Notes: generated by a model from the sequence alone, not told the origin. A stretch of 64,000 bases of DNA from Spirochaetota bacterium (GCA_963663865.1 OY760686.1:2048001-2112000); one strand, 5' to 3'; positions 48,298-58,543 are shown, counted from the first letter of the stretch. A program made the numbers and translations.

Positions 48298-51039
48298 TTA
48301 CCTTCTGTTTCTTCTGGATTTTTTCCTCTTAACGCCGCCTGTAGTCGGAGCCTGGTCTTTTTTCTTTTTTGCGGCTGAAGACGGATTATTGGCTGTCACT
48401 CCGTCAAATATGTCACCGCCGGTAAAACTTGATGCTTCCGGATGAAATTCTTCCCCAACAGGAATATAATCTTCGCGAAGTTGTTCTTCTCTTCTCTGAA
48501 TCTGTACCTTTGCGAGATACTCAAGAATATCTTCTTTTATAGATATTAAAAGTTCCTTGAACATTCTAAACCCTTCGAGTTTATACTCTACGAGAGGGTT
48601 TTTTTCGCCATAGCCAAGAGTCCATATGCCATCGCGAAGCTGATCCATATTGAGAAGATGCTGCCTCCATTTATTGTCTATCACCTGAAGTGACAGGATT
48701 CGTTCAAGAGCTCTCATATCCCTTGAGCCGAAATGTGATTCCTTCTGTTTGAAAACGTCCTTGATCGCCTCAGAGGCCTTTTTCGCAAGTTCATCCGCAG
48801 ACAGTTCATCGGGTATAATTCCAGTTTCATCAAAATCAACAAGGAGTTTGTTTTTAAACCAGACCTTCATCCCCGGAATGTCCCACTCTTCCGGATGACG
48901 CGCGCCGCCTGTAAAATTTAATAATGCGTTATTAACTATTTCTGTAATGTAATCATTTATTCGACCGGAAACGTCCTCACCCTCAAGAAGGTCATTCCTC
49001 TCATTATAGATATAGTTCCTCTGAGCATTCATTACATCATCATACTCAAGAAGGTGCTTCCTGATTTCAAAATTCCGGCCCTCAACCCTCTTTTGCGCAT
49101 TGGCAATCGCCTTTGAGACCATCTTGCTTTCTATTTCCTGCCCTTCCTGCATTCCAAGACGCTGCATGATATTTGAAATTCTCTCTGAGGCAAACAACCT
49201 CATAAGCTCATCATCAAGAGAAAGGTAAAACCTCGATGAACCGGGATCTCCCTGTCTTCCTGATCGCCCTCTGAGCTGGTTGTCAATTCGTCTCGACTCA
49301 TGCCTTTCCGTACCGAGGATATGCAGTCCGCCAGCCTTCACCACCAGTTCATGATTTTCAGTCCATTCACGGCCTGATTTCACAATCTGTCTTGCTCTTG
49401 CTCTGTCCTGGCCTTCAAGCTCTTCAGCAAGCGTTTCAGCTTTATCAAAGTTCGAGGTGAGCATCAAATTTTTATATTGCGCCCACTTTTCCGGGCTGTG
49501 AACTGGTTCGTGTGACTCGAGCTCTTCCATGAAGTCTTTTTTGCCGCCGAGAACAATGTCGGTTCCGCGACCGGCCATATTAGTGGCTATAGTCACTTTT
49601 CCGGCTTTTCCTGCTTCCGCGATTATTTCAGCTTCTTTTTCATGATACTTTGCATTTAGGACATTGTGAATAATCCCTCTGCTCTTTAAATACGCCGAAA
49701 TCTTTTCTGATTTCTCTATGGATATGGTTCCAACAAGAACAGGCTGGCCCTTCTCGCTTAGTTCAACTATTTCATCAACAATTGCCTTGTATTTCTCTTT
49801 TTCAGTTCTGTAGATTCTGTCGGAATAATCATTTCTCTGAACCAGTCTGTTCGGCGGAACAACAACGACATCAAGTTCGTAAATTTTCTTAAACTCAATT
49901 GCCTCTGTATCGGCTGTTCCAGTCATACCCGAAAGTTTGTTGTACATACGAAAAAAGTTCTGAAATGTTATTGAAGCAAGAGTTTGGCTCTCTCTGGCAA
50001 TTGTAACGTTTTCCTTCGCCTCAAGCGCCTGATGCAGTCCATCCGAATAACGCCTTCCAGGCATTAGTCTTCCGGTAAACTCGTCTACGATTACAACCTG
50101 ACCTTCCTTGACCGTATAATCAACGTCTTTCTGAAACAGGGTGTGTGCTTTCAGGGCCTGATTAATATGGTGAATAATCTCAATATTCTGGTTGTCATAC
50201 AAATTGTCAATTTTGAGAAGTCTTTCAACATGCCTTACTCCATCCTCAGTGAGTACGACATTTCTGTCTTTTTCATTTACTTCATAATCTTCGCCGTCTT
50301 TTAGGCTGGGAATAATTTTGTTTATAAGGTAATATTTTTTTGTCGATTCCTCTGTGGAACCAGAGATAATAAGAGGCGTTCTCGCCTCATCGATAAGGAT
50401 AGAGTCAACCTCGTCAACGATACAAAAATTTCTTGATCTCTGCACCCTGAGCGAACGGTGCTCAACCATGTTATCCCTGAGATAGTCGAATCCGAATTCG
50501 TTATTAGTACCATATGTGATGTCGCAGGCATATGCCTCCTGCCTGGCATGGTGGTTCATATTGTGGAGAATGACTCCAACACTCAACCCGAGGAACTTAT
50601 ATATGGTCCCCATCCACTCCGAGTCTCTTCTCGCCAGATAGTCATTAACGGTTACTACATGCGCCCCTTTCCCTTCAAGAGCGTTAAGATAAACCGGAAG
50701 GGTTGCCACCAGTGTTTTACCTTCACCAGTTTTCATCTCAGCAATCCGTCCCTGATGAAGAACAATTCCACCCATCAACTGAACGTCAAAATGCCTCATC
50801 CCCAGAGTACGAATTGAAGCCTCTCTGACAACCGCAAACGCCTCAGGCAGAATATCCTCAAGGGTTTCACTCTTTGCAAGTCTTTGCTTGAAAACACTGG
50901 TCATTGCCTTCAGTTCATCATCGTTCATTTCCCGAAAGCCCTGTTCAAGGCTGTTTATTTTTTGAACTACAGGTTTTAATCTCTTAACATCCCTGTCATG
51001 CTTAGTTCCTACAAGAAGACTGATAATTCCGTTAATCAT
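48298..51039 (-). CDS. secA: Preprotein translocase ATPase SecA
   Basis: [57 protein letters not shown]; no C-terminal zinc (SEC-C) motif. Confidence 0.98.
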   Translation of the reverse strand: MINGIISLLVGTKHDRDVKRLKPVVQKINSLEQGFREMNDDELKAMTSVFKQRLAKSETLEDILPEAFAVVREASIRTLGMRHFDVQLMGGIVLHQGRIAEMKTGEGKTLVATLPVYLNALEGKGAHVVTVNDYLARRDSEWMGTIYKFLGLSVGVILHNMNHHARQEAYACDITYGTNNEFGFDYLRDNMVEHRSLRVQRSRNFCIVDEVDSILIDEARTPLIISGSTEESTKKYYLINKIIPSLKDGEDYEVNEKDRNVVLTEDGVRHVERLLKIDNLYDNQNIEIIHHINQALKAHTLFQKDVDYTVKEGQVVIVDEFTGRLMPGRRYSDGLHQALEAKENVTIARESQTLASITFQNFFRMYNKLSGMTGTADTEAIEFKKIYELDVVVVPPNRLVQRNDYSDRIYRTEKEKYKAIVDEIVELSEKGQPVLVGTISIEKSEKISAYLKSRGIIHNVLNAKYHEKEAEIIAEAGKAGKVTIATNMAGRGTDIVLGGKKDFMEELESHEPVHSPEKWAQYKNLMLTSNFDKAETLAEELEGQDRARARQIVKSGREWTENHELVVKAGGLHILGTERHESRRIDNQLRGRSGRQGDPGSSRFYLSLDDELMRLFASERISNIMQRLGMQEGQEIESKMVSKAIANAQKRVEGRNFEIRKHLLEYDDVMNAQRNYIYNERNDLLEGEDVSGRINDYITEIVNNALLNFTGGARHPEEWDIPGMKVWFKNKLLVDFDETGIIPDELSADELAKKASEAIKDVFKQKESHFGSRDMRALERILSLQVIDNKWRQHLLNMDQLRDGIWTLGYGEKNPLVEYKLEGFRMFKELLISIKEDILEYLAKVQIQRREEQLREDYIPVGEEFHPEASSFTGGDIFDGVTANNPSSAAKKKKDQAPTTGGVKRKKSRRNRR

Positions 51040-51318
51040 TTTTCTTTTTCACCTTTCCCTTTCAAAAGACCGGCCCATCTGCTGACAGACTGGATATTTC
51101 CATAAGTCTGCACGGCCGCGTAACATATACTCTGTTATATTTTCGATTTATCTTGTTTTAGCACTCAAATTGTAACAAGAAACAAAGATCAAAACAGAAT
51201 TTATTGTAAAGAATCTACCTATTAAGCTCAGGATGAATCTTACTGAGTCAAAATGTCAAGATTTGTAAAAAAGAGTATTATTTCAAGCATGATTTAGGCA
51301 TCATCTTTTTTTTCATAC

Positions 51319-52470
51319 TCAGATATTTTCAGAACCTGTAATTTTTTTTGTTTTTGCTTCTATCAGAGCTACCGTTTCAGCGATTCGTATTTTAAGCGCT
51401 TCTATCCCGGCTCCAGTATGAACAGAACCGCTTACAGCATCCCTGAATTCCCCTCGGGTTAATTCAACTATGGATTCATCATCCAGAAGATCTGTTTTAT
51501 TCAGAAAAACAATAACCGGTTTTTCGCCGCAATCAATATGATTAAGCTCCAGATTCACAGTCGCGATATTAACGGATACATCAGCCGCGGTGATATCTAC
51601 AACATGAACGAGATAATCCGACCTCGCTATGTCTTCCAGTGTTGATCTGAATGATTCAATAAGATTTGCCGGTAGATTACGTATGAAGCCCACCGTGTCA
51701 GTAAGGAGCGTTGAGAGTCCGGGATTCAGATATACCGACCTTGTGTACGAATCAAGGGTCGCGAAGAGTCTGTCTTCCACAAAAAGATCGTCCTTTGCCA
51801 GCAGGTTAATAAGACTCGATTTACCTGCATTTGTATAGCCAACAACAGCGCCTGTAATTACGGCAGCTCGTGATTTCCTTACAGTCTCCCTGTGGCGTAA
51901 CTGCCGCCTCATTTTATCTGTAAGAGTCTTAATTCTGCGTTGAATATGTCTCCTGTCTGTCTCAAGCATTTTTTCACCCGGACCGCGTGTTCCGATACCG
52001 CCGCCAAGCCTTGAAAGAACACCGCCAAGCCCCTTTAATCGCGGAAGAATGTACTTTAGCTGCGCAAGCTCGACCTGCATTTTAGCCTCAGAGCTCCTCG
52101 CCCTCCTTGCGAAAATATCAAGTATTACCTCATGTCTCCCTATTACTCTGCACTTGAGCAAATCTTCAAGATTTCTTATCTGGGCAGGCCTTATACCATT
52201 CAGGTCAAAAACAATTAGCCTGATACTTTTTTCCTCAACTATCTCCCTGATTCTGTCAACATATCCCCTGCCAAAGACATAAGCCGGGTCAATTTTTTCC
52301 CGTTTGATAATGATAGTTCCGGCTACAACACCACCGGCTGTCTTTACAAGCATAGAAAGCTCTTCAAGAGAATACTCAAGTTCTTTCTGGCCTTCAAAAC
52401 CGGTCTTTATCCCTATCAGGAAAGCCCTTTCGTCTTTTGATGACGGTATTCTATTTACTGAAGCGTCCAA
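51319..52470 (-). CDS. hflX: GTPase HflX
   Basis: ILDIFA, GTRGPGE, GYTNAGKSS, LFATLD, DTVGFI, NKTD. Confidence 0.95.
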   Translation of the reverse strand: MDASVNRIPSSKDERAFLIGIKTGFEGQKELEYSLEELSMLVKTAGGVVAGTIIIKREKIDPAYVFGRGYVDRIREIVEEKSIRLIVFDLNGIRPAQIRNLEDLLKCRVIGRHEVILDIFARRARSSEAKMQVELAQLKYILPRLKGLGGVLSRLGGGIGTRGPGEKMLETDRRHIQRRIKTLTDKMRRQLRHRETVRKSRAAVITGAVVGYTNAGKSSLINLLAKDDLFVEDRLFATLDSYTRSVYLNPGLSTLLTDTVGFIRNLPANLIESFRSTLEDIARSDYLVHVVDITAADVSVNIATVNLELNHIDCGEKPVIVFLNKTDLLDDESIVELTRGEFRDAVSGSVHTGAGIEALKIRIAETVALIEAKTKKITGSENI

Positions 52471-52912
52471 TCGATTTAATCCTGCAGCCTGCTGTTATAT
52501 TATTTTTTTCAAACCACCCACGGTTCATCTCAAGAGCATATTTTGACTTATAAACCGATGGATATGTTTTTTCCTGAAGTGGTTCCATGTGGAGAATAGA
52601 GACAATGACTCCCTGTGAATCAATGTAAGCAATACTCAGAGAAATATAAGTATTTTTCATCCAGAAGTAGAGCTGCTGCTCTCTTTCAAAAACGAACAGC
52701 ATGCCCCGGTTTTCAGGGAGATGCTTTCTAAACATGAGACCCCTTGATCTCTGTTCCATGGTTTTTGCAATTTCAACCTTTGCGGCAACATCCCCCCCAG
52801 AAGAATTAAGAATGGTAATATCCACAGTATCCAATTCAACGGGAAAAGAGCAAACTGGAAGGAACAACAAAACGATTGCGGTTAATACTTTAAAAAATAC
52901 CAACATATTCAA
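52451..52912 (-). CDS. DUF192 family exported protein
   Basis: RGLMFR, GMLF.F, FWMKNT, YALE...G. Confidence 0.88.
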   Translation of the reverse strand: MNMLVFFKVLTAIVLLFLPVCSFPVELDTVDITILNSSGGDVAAKVEIAKTMEQRSRGLMFRKHLPENRGMLFVFEREQQLYFWMKNTYISLSIAYIDSQGVIVSILHMEPLQEKTYPSVYKSKYALEMNRGWFEKNNITAGCRIKSIGRFSK

Positions 52913-53645
52913 TTTTCAATATTCTATTTATTGACTCGCCCGGCTGGTATAAAAAATCAAACTCAATCCCAAGTCTCTGCATGTAAGTATAACGCATCCC
53001 AAAATTAAACAGCCATTCGTCCCCATCCCTGAAATCCCAGAACACCCTCTCTATTTCCGTCTTGACCCTGAACATATCATTTAGAGGAAAATCAAGCGCC
53101 AGAAAATACGACGATTCGTCTGGTTCATAGTCAGGCTGCGTCGGCATTCTAAATCCATAGCTCACATACTGCTCTCCTCCGAGAAGGTATATTGGCTTTG
53201 TAAAAGCAATATAGGGGCCATATATGACCCTGTCAACTTCATTAGATGACTTTTCACGCATCCCCTGACGGCCGATGTAAAACGAATCGTACCCTGCTGC
53301 TATTGAAATCGGCCATGAATCCCATCCGTCAGTGAACTTCAATCTTGCAACAACTCCTGGCACATTGAGCTTTGGCGTTTCACTCCCGATTGCGTTCTGA
53401 AAATCAAGTGATACTCCCAAAAACAACATGTCGTGGAGCCCCAACAGTGTCTTAATCTCAATTCCGCCATTATCATATCCCATTAGCGAAAGTGCATAAT
53501 TTCCGCGCCCGAGTGTAAAAGCGGTCGGTGAATCAATATTTGTCAGATTTCTGGTTTGCGAAAACGATGACCCGGCAGCCAAAATTACAAAAAATATGCT
53601 GATAGTAAAAAGCCTTATTGTTCTCATAGAGAAATTATCTTCCAT
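52890..53645 (-). CDS. Outer-membrane beta-barrel protein (YjbH-like N-terminus)
   Basis: Signal peptide, IDSPTA.TL..G motif, amphipathic strands, terminal F. Confidence 0.6.
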   Translation of the reverse strand: MEDNFSMRTIRLFTISIFFVILAAGSSFSQTRNLTNIDSPTAFTLGRGNYALSLMGYDNGGIEIKTLLGLHDMLFLGVSLDFQNAIGSETPKLNVPGVVARLKFTDGWDSWPISIAAGYDSFYIGRQGMREKSSNEVDRVIYGPYIAFTKPIYLLGGEQYVSYGFRMPTQPDYEPDESSYFLALDFPLNDMFRVKTEIERVFWDFRDGDEWLFNFGMRYTYMQRLGIEFDFLYQPGESINRILKIEYVGIF

Positions 53646-53699
53646 AACATATTATATATAGCACAGGGATTTCTATTTAAGTCTACCTGTTTCATTTAA

Positions 53700-53727
53700 A
53701 TATCGGCGGATAGTAACTTTATATTTA
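53700..53727 (-). promoter_or_regulatory. Putative sigma28-like promoter TAAA-N16-GCCGATAT
   Basis: Near-consensus FliA -35/-10 elements. Confidence 0.55.
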
Positions 53728-53760
53728 TCGTTATGCCGTTAAACTCAGGACTAAAACCGG

Positions 53761-54960
53761 TCACCTCTGGTTCTGAATCTCGTTCTCCAGAATAATATTT
53801 TCGTTCATAAGTTGCTTTATCTCCTGAAGGTCATCAATCTTTTTATCTATGTTTCGGTAATATGGGTCATAATCACGGGCCGTCTTAAATTCTCTAAGCG
53901 CAGTATCCAGATCATTCGCAACAAAAAATCTTATTCCATTGCGGTAATGCCTTTCTGCCGCAACTCTGTCTTCGTATGTGATGACTTTCGGGATAAGCTT
54001 AAAAGTCAGATTTATTGAATAGTTTGGACCGAATATGCCGGCATCTTCGTAAGAGGTGTCAAAGCTGAAAGCCACGTTTTTTATCGCATAGTTAAAGCCC
54101 ATACCAGCCGAATACGAACCGCCGTCATTTATTCTGTATCCGCATCTCAATGCAATGAGATCAAGATAGGTAACCTCCAATCCGAACTTTACCCTGAGGC
54201 TTTCATCAAATCCATATGTGAAATCATACAGGTCCGAAAAATCGATGAGACTCTCGGAAACGTCAGTATTGAACGATAACCAGTGCGTCAGCTTATATGA
54301 AAGCCCAAGATTTATTCGTCTGGGAAGCGGATCATCGCCTGCGCCTGTACCAAGATTCAGCACACTTAATCCGAGATGGAAATTCCTTACCGGCGCCTCA
54401 AAAGGAGAATACAGATACATCCCCTTCAGAACACCAAGATCGATTGCCGCAGAATTGACAAACATTGAATCAATCTTCTGATATATGTATTTGATTGATG
54501 CTCCAGCGTACATAAACTCAAAATCGTATCCGTACCCGGCAGTAAAGGCTCCATTCATGAATGTTACATCCCCGGCGGAATTTCCGTTTATGTCAACGCG
54601 CTCAAATGGTGGAACCCAGAATACTGAGTTTGAAGCGGCCAAATAACCTCCCATTAGAGGATATGCCGCGCTAATGCTCTCAAACCTGGAATCTGTTATC
54701 AACTCTTGATGCTGAAGAGACAGCACCGGGAACTGAATGGAACCCAATCCCGCGGGATTGTAGTATAAAACGCTCAAATCGTTGGTTTGCGCGGTAAACG
54801 CTCCCCCCATAGCAAGAGCCCGTGCTCCAACCCCGAGATCAAGGAAATCAGCTCCCGAAACTCCGGCAGTACCCGATGCCTCAAGCTTGCCGGATGACAA
54901 ATAGAAAAAAGCAACCAGCAAAGATATCATTAAAACGTATTTATTTTTCATCTGTTCCAA
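53761..54960 (-). CDS. PorV/PorQ (UPF0164)-family outer-membrane barrel with C-terminal TPR-like helix pair
   Basis: FLDLGVGARALAMGGA...YYNPAGL signature; HYRNGI.FF...A..EF..A...DP. Confidence 0.8.
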   Translation of the reverse strand: MEQMKNKYVLMISLLVAFFYLSSGKLEASGTAGVSGADFLDLGVGARALAMGGAFTAQTNDLSVLYYNPAGLGSIQFPVLSLQHQELITDSRFESISAAYPLMGGYLAASNSVFWVPPFERVDINGNSAGDVTFMNGAFTAGYGYDFEFMYAGASIKYIYQKIDSMFVNSAAIDLGVLKGMYLYSPFEAPVRNFHLGLSVLNLGTGAGDDPLPRRINLGLSYKLTHWLSFNTDVSESLIDFSDLYDFTYGFDESLRVKFGLEVTYLDLIALRCGYRINDGGSYSAGMGFNYAIKNVAFSFDTSYEDAGIFGPNYSINLTFKLIPKVITYEDRVAAERHYRNGIRFFVANDLDTALREFKTARDYDPYYRNIDKKIDDLQEIKQLMNENIILENEIQNQR

Positions 54961-55054
54961 ATCACAGCGGAATTTAGACCCGGTTCATCAAGGACATTAA
55001 TCGCATTCTTGTATTTGAATTTCTACACTCAACACTCTATAATGCAATGCTTTT

Positions 55055-56194
55055 TTATAAAAAAACCATTTCATACACCGCTCTTGATACAGCATCAGAA
55101 TGAATATTAAGCTGGTTTACCCTGAAACCGTCTCCGTAACCCCCCTTTTTAGAAAGCACTGCATCTACACACTGATGATGATCCTCAATTGATGAAAGAA
55201 AGAGGATTCTGCCAGGTCTAACCCTTATTGCCTGAATATTTTTAAAGTTTGATCTGACAAAAGATTTGAAATAATCAATGCCTGCAAGACTGGTCAGATC
55301 AGAATTATTTTCAATTGATATATCCAATCCTCTTGATAAGCCTGATTCAACAGCATGTCTGATAATCAGTTCATACTTGGAATAAATCTTTTCGGGGCTG
55401 TCTCCTGAGCAGGGATAAAATGAAGATAAATCAGAAACCCTGAGCAGATAGAGCGGCATAGCAGCTCTGCCCGCAAGCAGCTCTGACAACTCGTTCATTC
55501 CTGAAGAATTCTTTTTAAATATGAGAGCAAGTATCGGCGAATTAATACTGAGTTTCGTAGAAGAAAGACCGGGACTAATAACCTTAAACAGGGGATTCAA
55601 GATAGTGTCAAGCATCATAAATGCTACAGAAAATTCAGCATCCTGTTCAGAATAAAGCGTTGTGATTTCGTCAAAACCTGTAACTGTTATTCCGTTGTTT
55701 TCTCTTATTATTTTCGAAAGAAGTCCATCATGTATCCCGATTTGAAACGTTTCCGGTAATATATTTTGCCGAGATACAAAAGTCTGTAAGTATGATGCCG
55801 ATTTTAGATTATACCTAAAAACTGAAAACCCTGTTATTCCGACAGCCTCAAAAATTTCAGTCAAATCTTCAGATGGATCATAAACCGTATCTGCCTCTGA
55901 CGGCCGCAGTAAAAACGGATTAAAAGAATCAGCCCTCTGCCCTGACTCAACCGCCGATCTTGCTCTATAAAAAAGTCTGTGCATTTCCTCCAGAACTCTG
56001 CTGCCGTCGTTATGACTGTGCAAGTTCCTGTCACTATCAGGGATTTCTTTTTTTTCAACAGCCTGGCCATGCCCCGTCACCCTTCCAACGAGATTCCTGA
56101 GTTCGTCGTTAAACGTCCTTTTTCGAATCAGGTTAATCATACCTGCTTCCGAATTAAGTCCTGATATGTTTTCCATCAAGTTGTCTTTATCCAA
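55055..56194 (-). CDS. Hypothetical protein (possible GAF-like plus degenerate GGDEF-like domains)
   Basis: 379-aa ORF in operon context; only weak fold resemblance. Confidence 0.5.
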   Translation of the reverse strand: MDKDNLMENISGLNSEAGMINLIRKRTFNDELRNLVGRVTGHGQAVEKKEIPDSDRNLHSHNDGSRVLEEMHRLFYRARSAVESGQRADSFNPFLLRPSEADTVYDPSEDLTEIFEAVGITGFSVFRYNLKSASYLQTFVSRQNILPETFQIGIHDGLLSKIIRENNGITVTGFDEITTLYSEQDAEFSVAFMMLDTILNPLFKVISPGLSSTKLSINSPILALIFKKNSSGMNELSELLAGRAAMPLYLLRVSDLSSFYPCSGDSPEKIYSKYELIIRHAVESGLSRGLDISIENNSDLTSLAGIDYFKSFVRSNFKNIQAIRVRPGRILFLSSIEDHHQCVDAVLSKKGGYGDGFRVNQLNIHSDAVSRAVYEMVFL

Positions 56195-56204
56195 AATCTA
56201 TTCC

Positions 56205-57110
56205 TTAGTATGAGAGTTCAAGCATCCGCTGTAGCGCCATTCCGGCCCTCCGGGCTATTTCTTGAGGAACAGTGATAACCGGGATTTCATTCAGCAATGT
56301 ATCATAAAGCTTGCTCAACGTAATCTTTTTCATGTTAGGACATACGAAATCTTTCGAAGCAGGAATATAATTAATATGCCCGGCCACCATTTTGAGGCGG
56401 TGAATCATATCTTTTTCAGTGCCTATTATTATACTTATTGCGTCTGTTTTCTGAACAAAATCCACCATCTCTCCGGTTGATAAAACTTCATCAGCCATGT
56501 CAACTACCTCAGGCCTGCATTCAGGATGTACAACAACAAGTGCACCAGGATTATCCGCTTTTACTTTTTCAAGATCTACGGCAGAAAAGCGTTCATGTGT
56601 CGGACAAAAACCTTTCCACAGTATAATCTCCTTGTCGGTATGTTTGCTTACGAAATTTCCCAGATTTTTGTCAGGAAGGAAAATTATCCTGTCAGACTCA
56701 ACCCTCTGAACAATTCTAACAGCGTTTGATGATGTACATATAACGTCAGACTCAGCCTTTACCTCCGCAGAAGAGTTTATATAAGTAACTACAGCCGCGT
56801 CCGGATAATCCTTTTTCAGCTGTATAACATCCTCAGCTGTTATCATATCAGCCATCGGACATCCAGCTTCAATATCAGGAAGCAGGACTTTTTTTTGCGG
56901 TGAAAGCATTGAAGCTGACTCTGCCATAAAATGTACACCGCAGAAAACGATTATATCAGCGTCATTAGAGGCCGCTTTTCTTGAAAGTTCCAGAGAATCC
57001 CCACAGAGATGCGCTATTTCCTGTATCTCTCCAGGCTGGTAATTATGGGCAATAATAAGCGCATTTTTTTCAGCTGCGATTCTGGATATATTTTCTTTTA
57101 TTTTTTCCAT
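56205..57110 (-). CDS. nadA: Quinolinate synthase
   Basis: AHNYQ, GDSLEL, FCGVHFMAE, AGCPMA, YINSSA, CTSSNA, HPEC, CPNMK. Confidence 0.97.
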   Translation of the reverse strand: MEKIKENISRIAAEKNALIIAHNYQPGEIQEIAHLCGDSLELSRKAASNDADIIVFCGVHFMAESASMLSPQKKVLLPDIEAGCPMADMITAEDVIQLKKDYPDAAVVTYINSSAEVKAESDVICTSSNAVRIVQRVESDRIIFLPDKNLGNFVSKHTDKEIILWKGFCPTHERFSAVDLEKVKADNPGALVVVHPECRPEVVDMADEVLSTGEMVDFVQKTDAISIIIGTEKDMIHRLKMVAGHINYIPASKDFVCPNMKKITLSKLYDTLLNEIPVITVPQEIARRAGMALQRMLELSY

Positions 57111-57306
57111 GATAATATTTTCTCCAATTCATATTAAGTCAATTTCTTAGCCTATCCAATAGACTGTAAAGAAAAAATCCGGGATAGTCAATAATGTATC
57201 AGATTGCGTGCCAACTACTTCAAAAAAATCCATCTCTGGAAATATTTTTTGTTGACACAGAAGCAGCCGATCAGTATGTATCTATTTATTGACGATATGA
57301 ATATAT

Positions 57307-57379
57307 TCCCCTGTAGCTCAGTTGGTAGAGCAAATGGCTGTTAACCATTGGGTCGTAGGTTCGAGTCCTACCGGGGGAG
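57307..57379 (+). tRNA. tRNA-Asn (anticodon GTT)
   Basis: TCCCCTGTAGCTCAGTTGGTAGAGCAAATGGCTGTTAACCATTGGGTCGTAGGTTCGAGTCCTACCGGGGGAG; CCA not encoded. Confidence 0.96.
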
Positions 57380-57440
57380 CATAGTTCAATTTATAAAGTT
57401 GACTTTTTTGGTCTGCCCCTCACCTCCAAGAAGGGGCTAT

Positions 57441-57476
57441 AGAAAAGGGTTTCAGATTGATCTGGAGCCCTTTTCT
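57441..57476 (+). terminator. Intrinsic terminator after tRNA-Asn
   Basis: AGAAAAGGGTTTCAGAT-TG-ATCTGGAGCCCTTTTCT. Confidence 0.75.
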
Positions 57477-57706
57477 TGTACACCACGGCTTTTCACCATT
57501 GCCCCCCCTTTTTTATCAATTCCACTACTTCAGAAACTCAACATTGAACTGTTATATTTTGTTGAAAGCACTTGACAAAAACCTTACCCGAAAAAAATAA
57601 TATTACATGAATCATAAAAACACATCTGACCTTCCCCCTCCATACTCCTGATGCAGTCATAAGATATTCCCAACTTAATACAATAACGCTTAAACGGAGA
57701 CAAGTA

Positions 57707-58528
57707 ATGGATTTAGATTTTTTTATAGGGAAAAACCAGGTTATTGAAGTAAGCGAAAATGAAAAGCAGGCTGTGATTAGAGAGATGATAGAAAAGCTCA
57801 ACAGCCTGTCCGTAATTGAGAACAAAGAAAGATATTATGCCCAGATAATACACAGAGAATCCCTTGAAAATACTTACCTCGGAAGCGGTTTTGCCATTCC
57901 TCATGCCAGAACCGATTCAGTAGGAAAATTTATTTCAATTCTCGGCATCCATCGAAAAGGTATTGATTACCACACAGAGGAAAGCTCGCCCGTACACTAT
58001 ATTCTTCTTACTCTTTTCCCGACACATATGAGCACATCGTATCTCTATCTGATAGGCATGATGGCTCGAATATTTTCATGTGAATCCAGAAAAAAACTCC
58101 TCGATTCAGCAAATTCCCCTCAAGCAGTACACGATATACTAAAAAAAGAAGCAGAGATGTACTTTAACTCCATATCTCAAAAAGAGATTATTCATTCTGA
58201 TGAACCCGAGACTCTAAGCGGAATGCCGTCGTCCGACCTGGATCTTTTAATCCGCCTGGACAGACTCTACAATATGTATGACAACAGCAGAGAACAGAAA
58301 GAATCCTTAACAAAGAAAATTGACGGGCTTAAAGCTTTAATCAACAATCGATCCCTGACATACTATGAAAGAATGAGAAAAAAAAGCTCCAATCCGTTCG
58401 CTATTGTTGACAAGACGAGCTGCAGCGGATGCCACATGGAGATACCTCCGGTATATCTAAAACAGATTAGCGACAGAAATGAGTTAACGGTTTGTTCTTA
58501 TTGCGGCCGCTTCCTCATTATGGTTTAA
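57707..58528 (+). CDS. PTS EIIA (Fru/Ntr-type) domain fused to a C4 zinc-ribbon (DUF164/zf-RING_7-like) domain
   Basis: RE...NT.LG.GFAIPHAR; C-terminal YYERMR...CSGCHMEIPP...CSYCGRFL. Confidence 0.85.
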   Translation: MDLDFFIGKNQVIEVSENEKQAVIREMIEKLNSLSVIENKERYYAQIIHRESLENTYLGSGFAIPHARTDSVGKFISILGIHRKGIDYHTEESSPVHYILLTLFPTHMSTSYLYLIGMMARIFSCESRKKLLDSANSPQAVHDILKKEAEMYFNSISQKEIIHSDEPETLSGMPSSDLDLLIRLDRLYNMYDNSREQKESLTKKIDGLKALINNRSLTYYERMRKKSSNPFAIVDKTSCSGCHMEIPPVYLKQISDRNELTVCSYCGRFLIMV

Positions 58529-58543
58529 ATCATGAATTAAACA

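Noticed and set aside
51158-51166. CIRCE-like TTAGCACTC upstream of secA (and GAGTGCTAC at 19071)
   Set aside because: Only half-sites; the partner arm at N9 spacing is absent in both cases.
51040-51318. SecM-like secretion monitor upstream of secA
   Set aside because: All three minus-strand frames have stops leaving only short ORFs, with no signal peptide or RAGP/RAPP-type motif.
57348-57575. 75-aa ORF starting inside tRNA-Asn
   Set aside because: Overlaps the tRNA and its terminator; no RBS or protein features.
57380-57706. Genomic island integrated at tRNA-Asn, tRNA-Ala or tRNA-Val
   Set aside because: No integrase and no duplicated tRNA 3' end seen in the window; the region after tRNA-Val is cut off by the window end.
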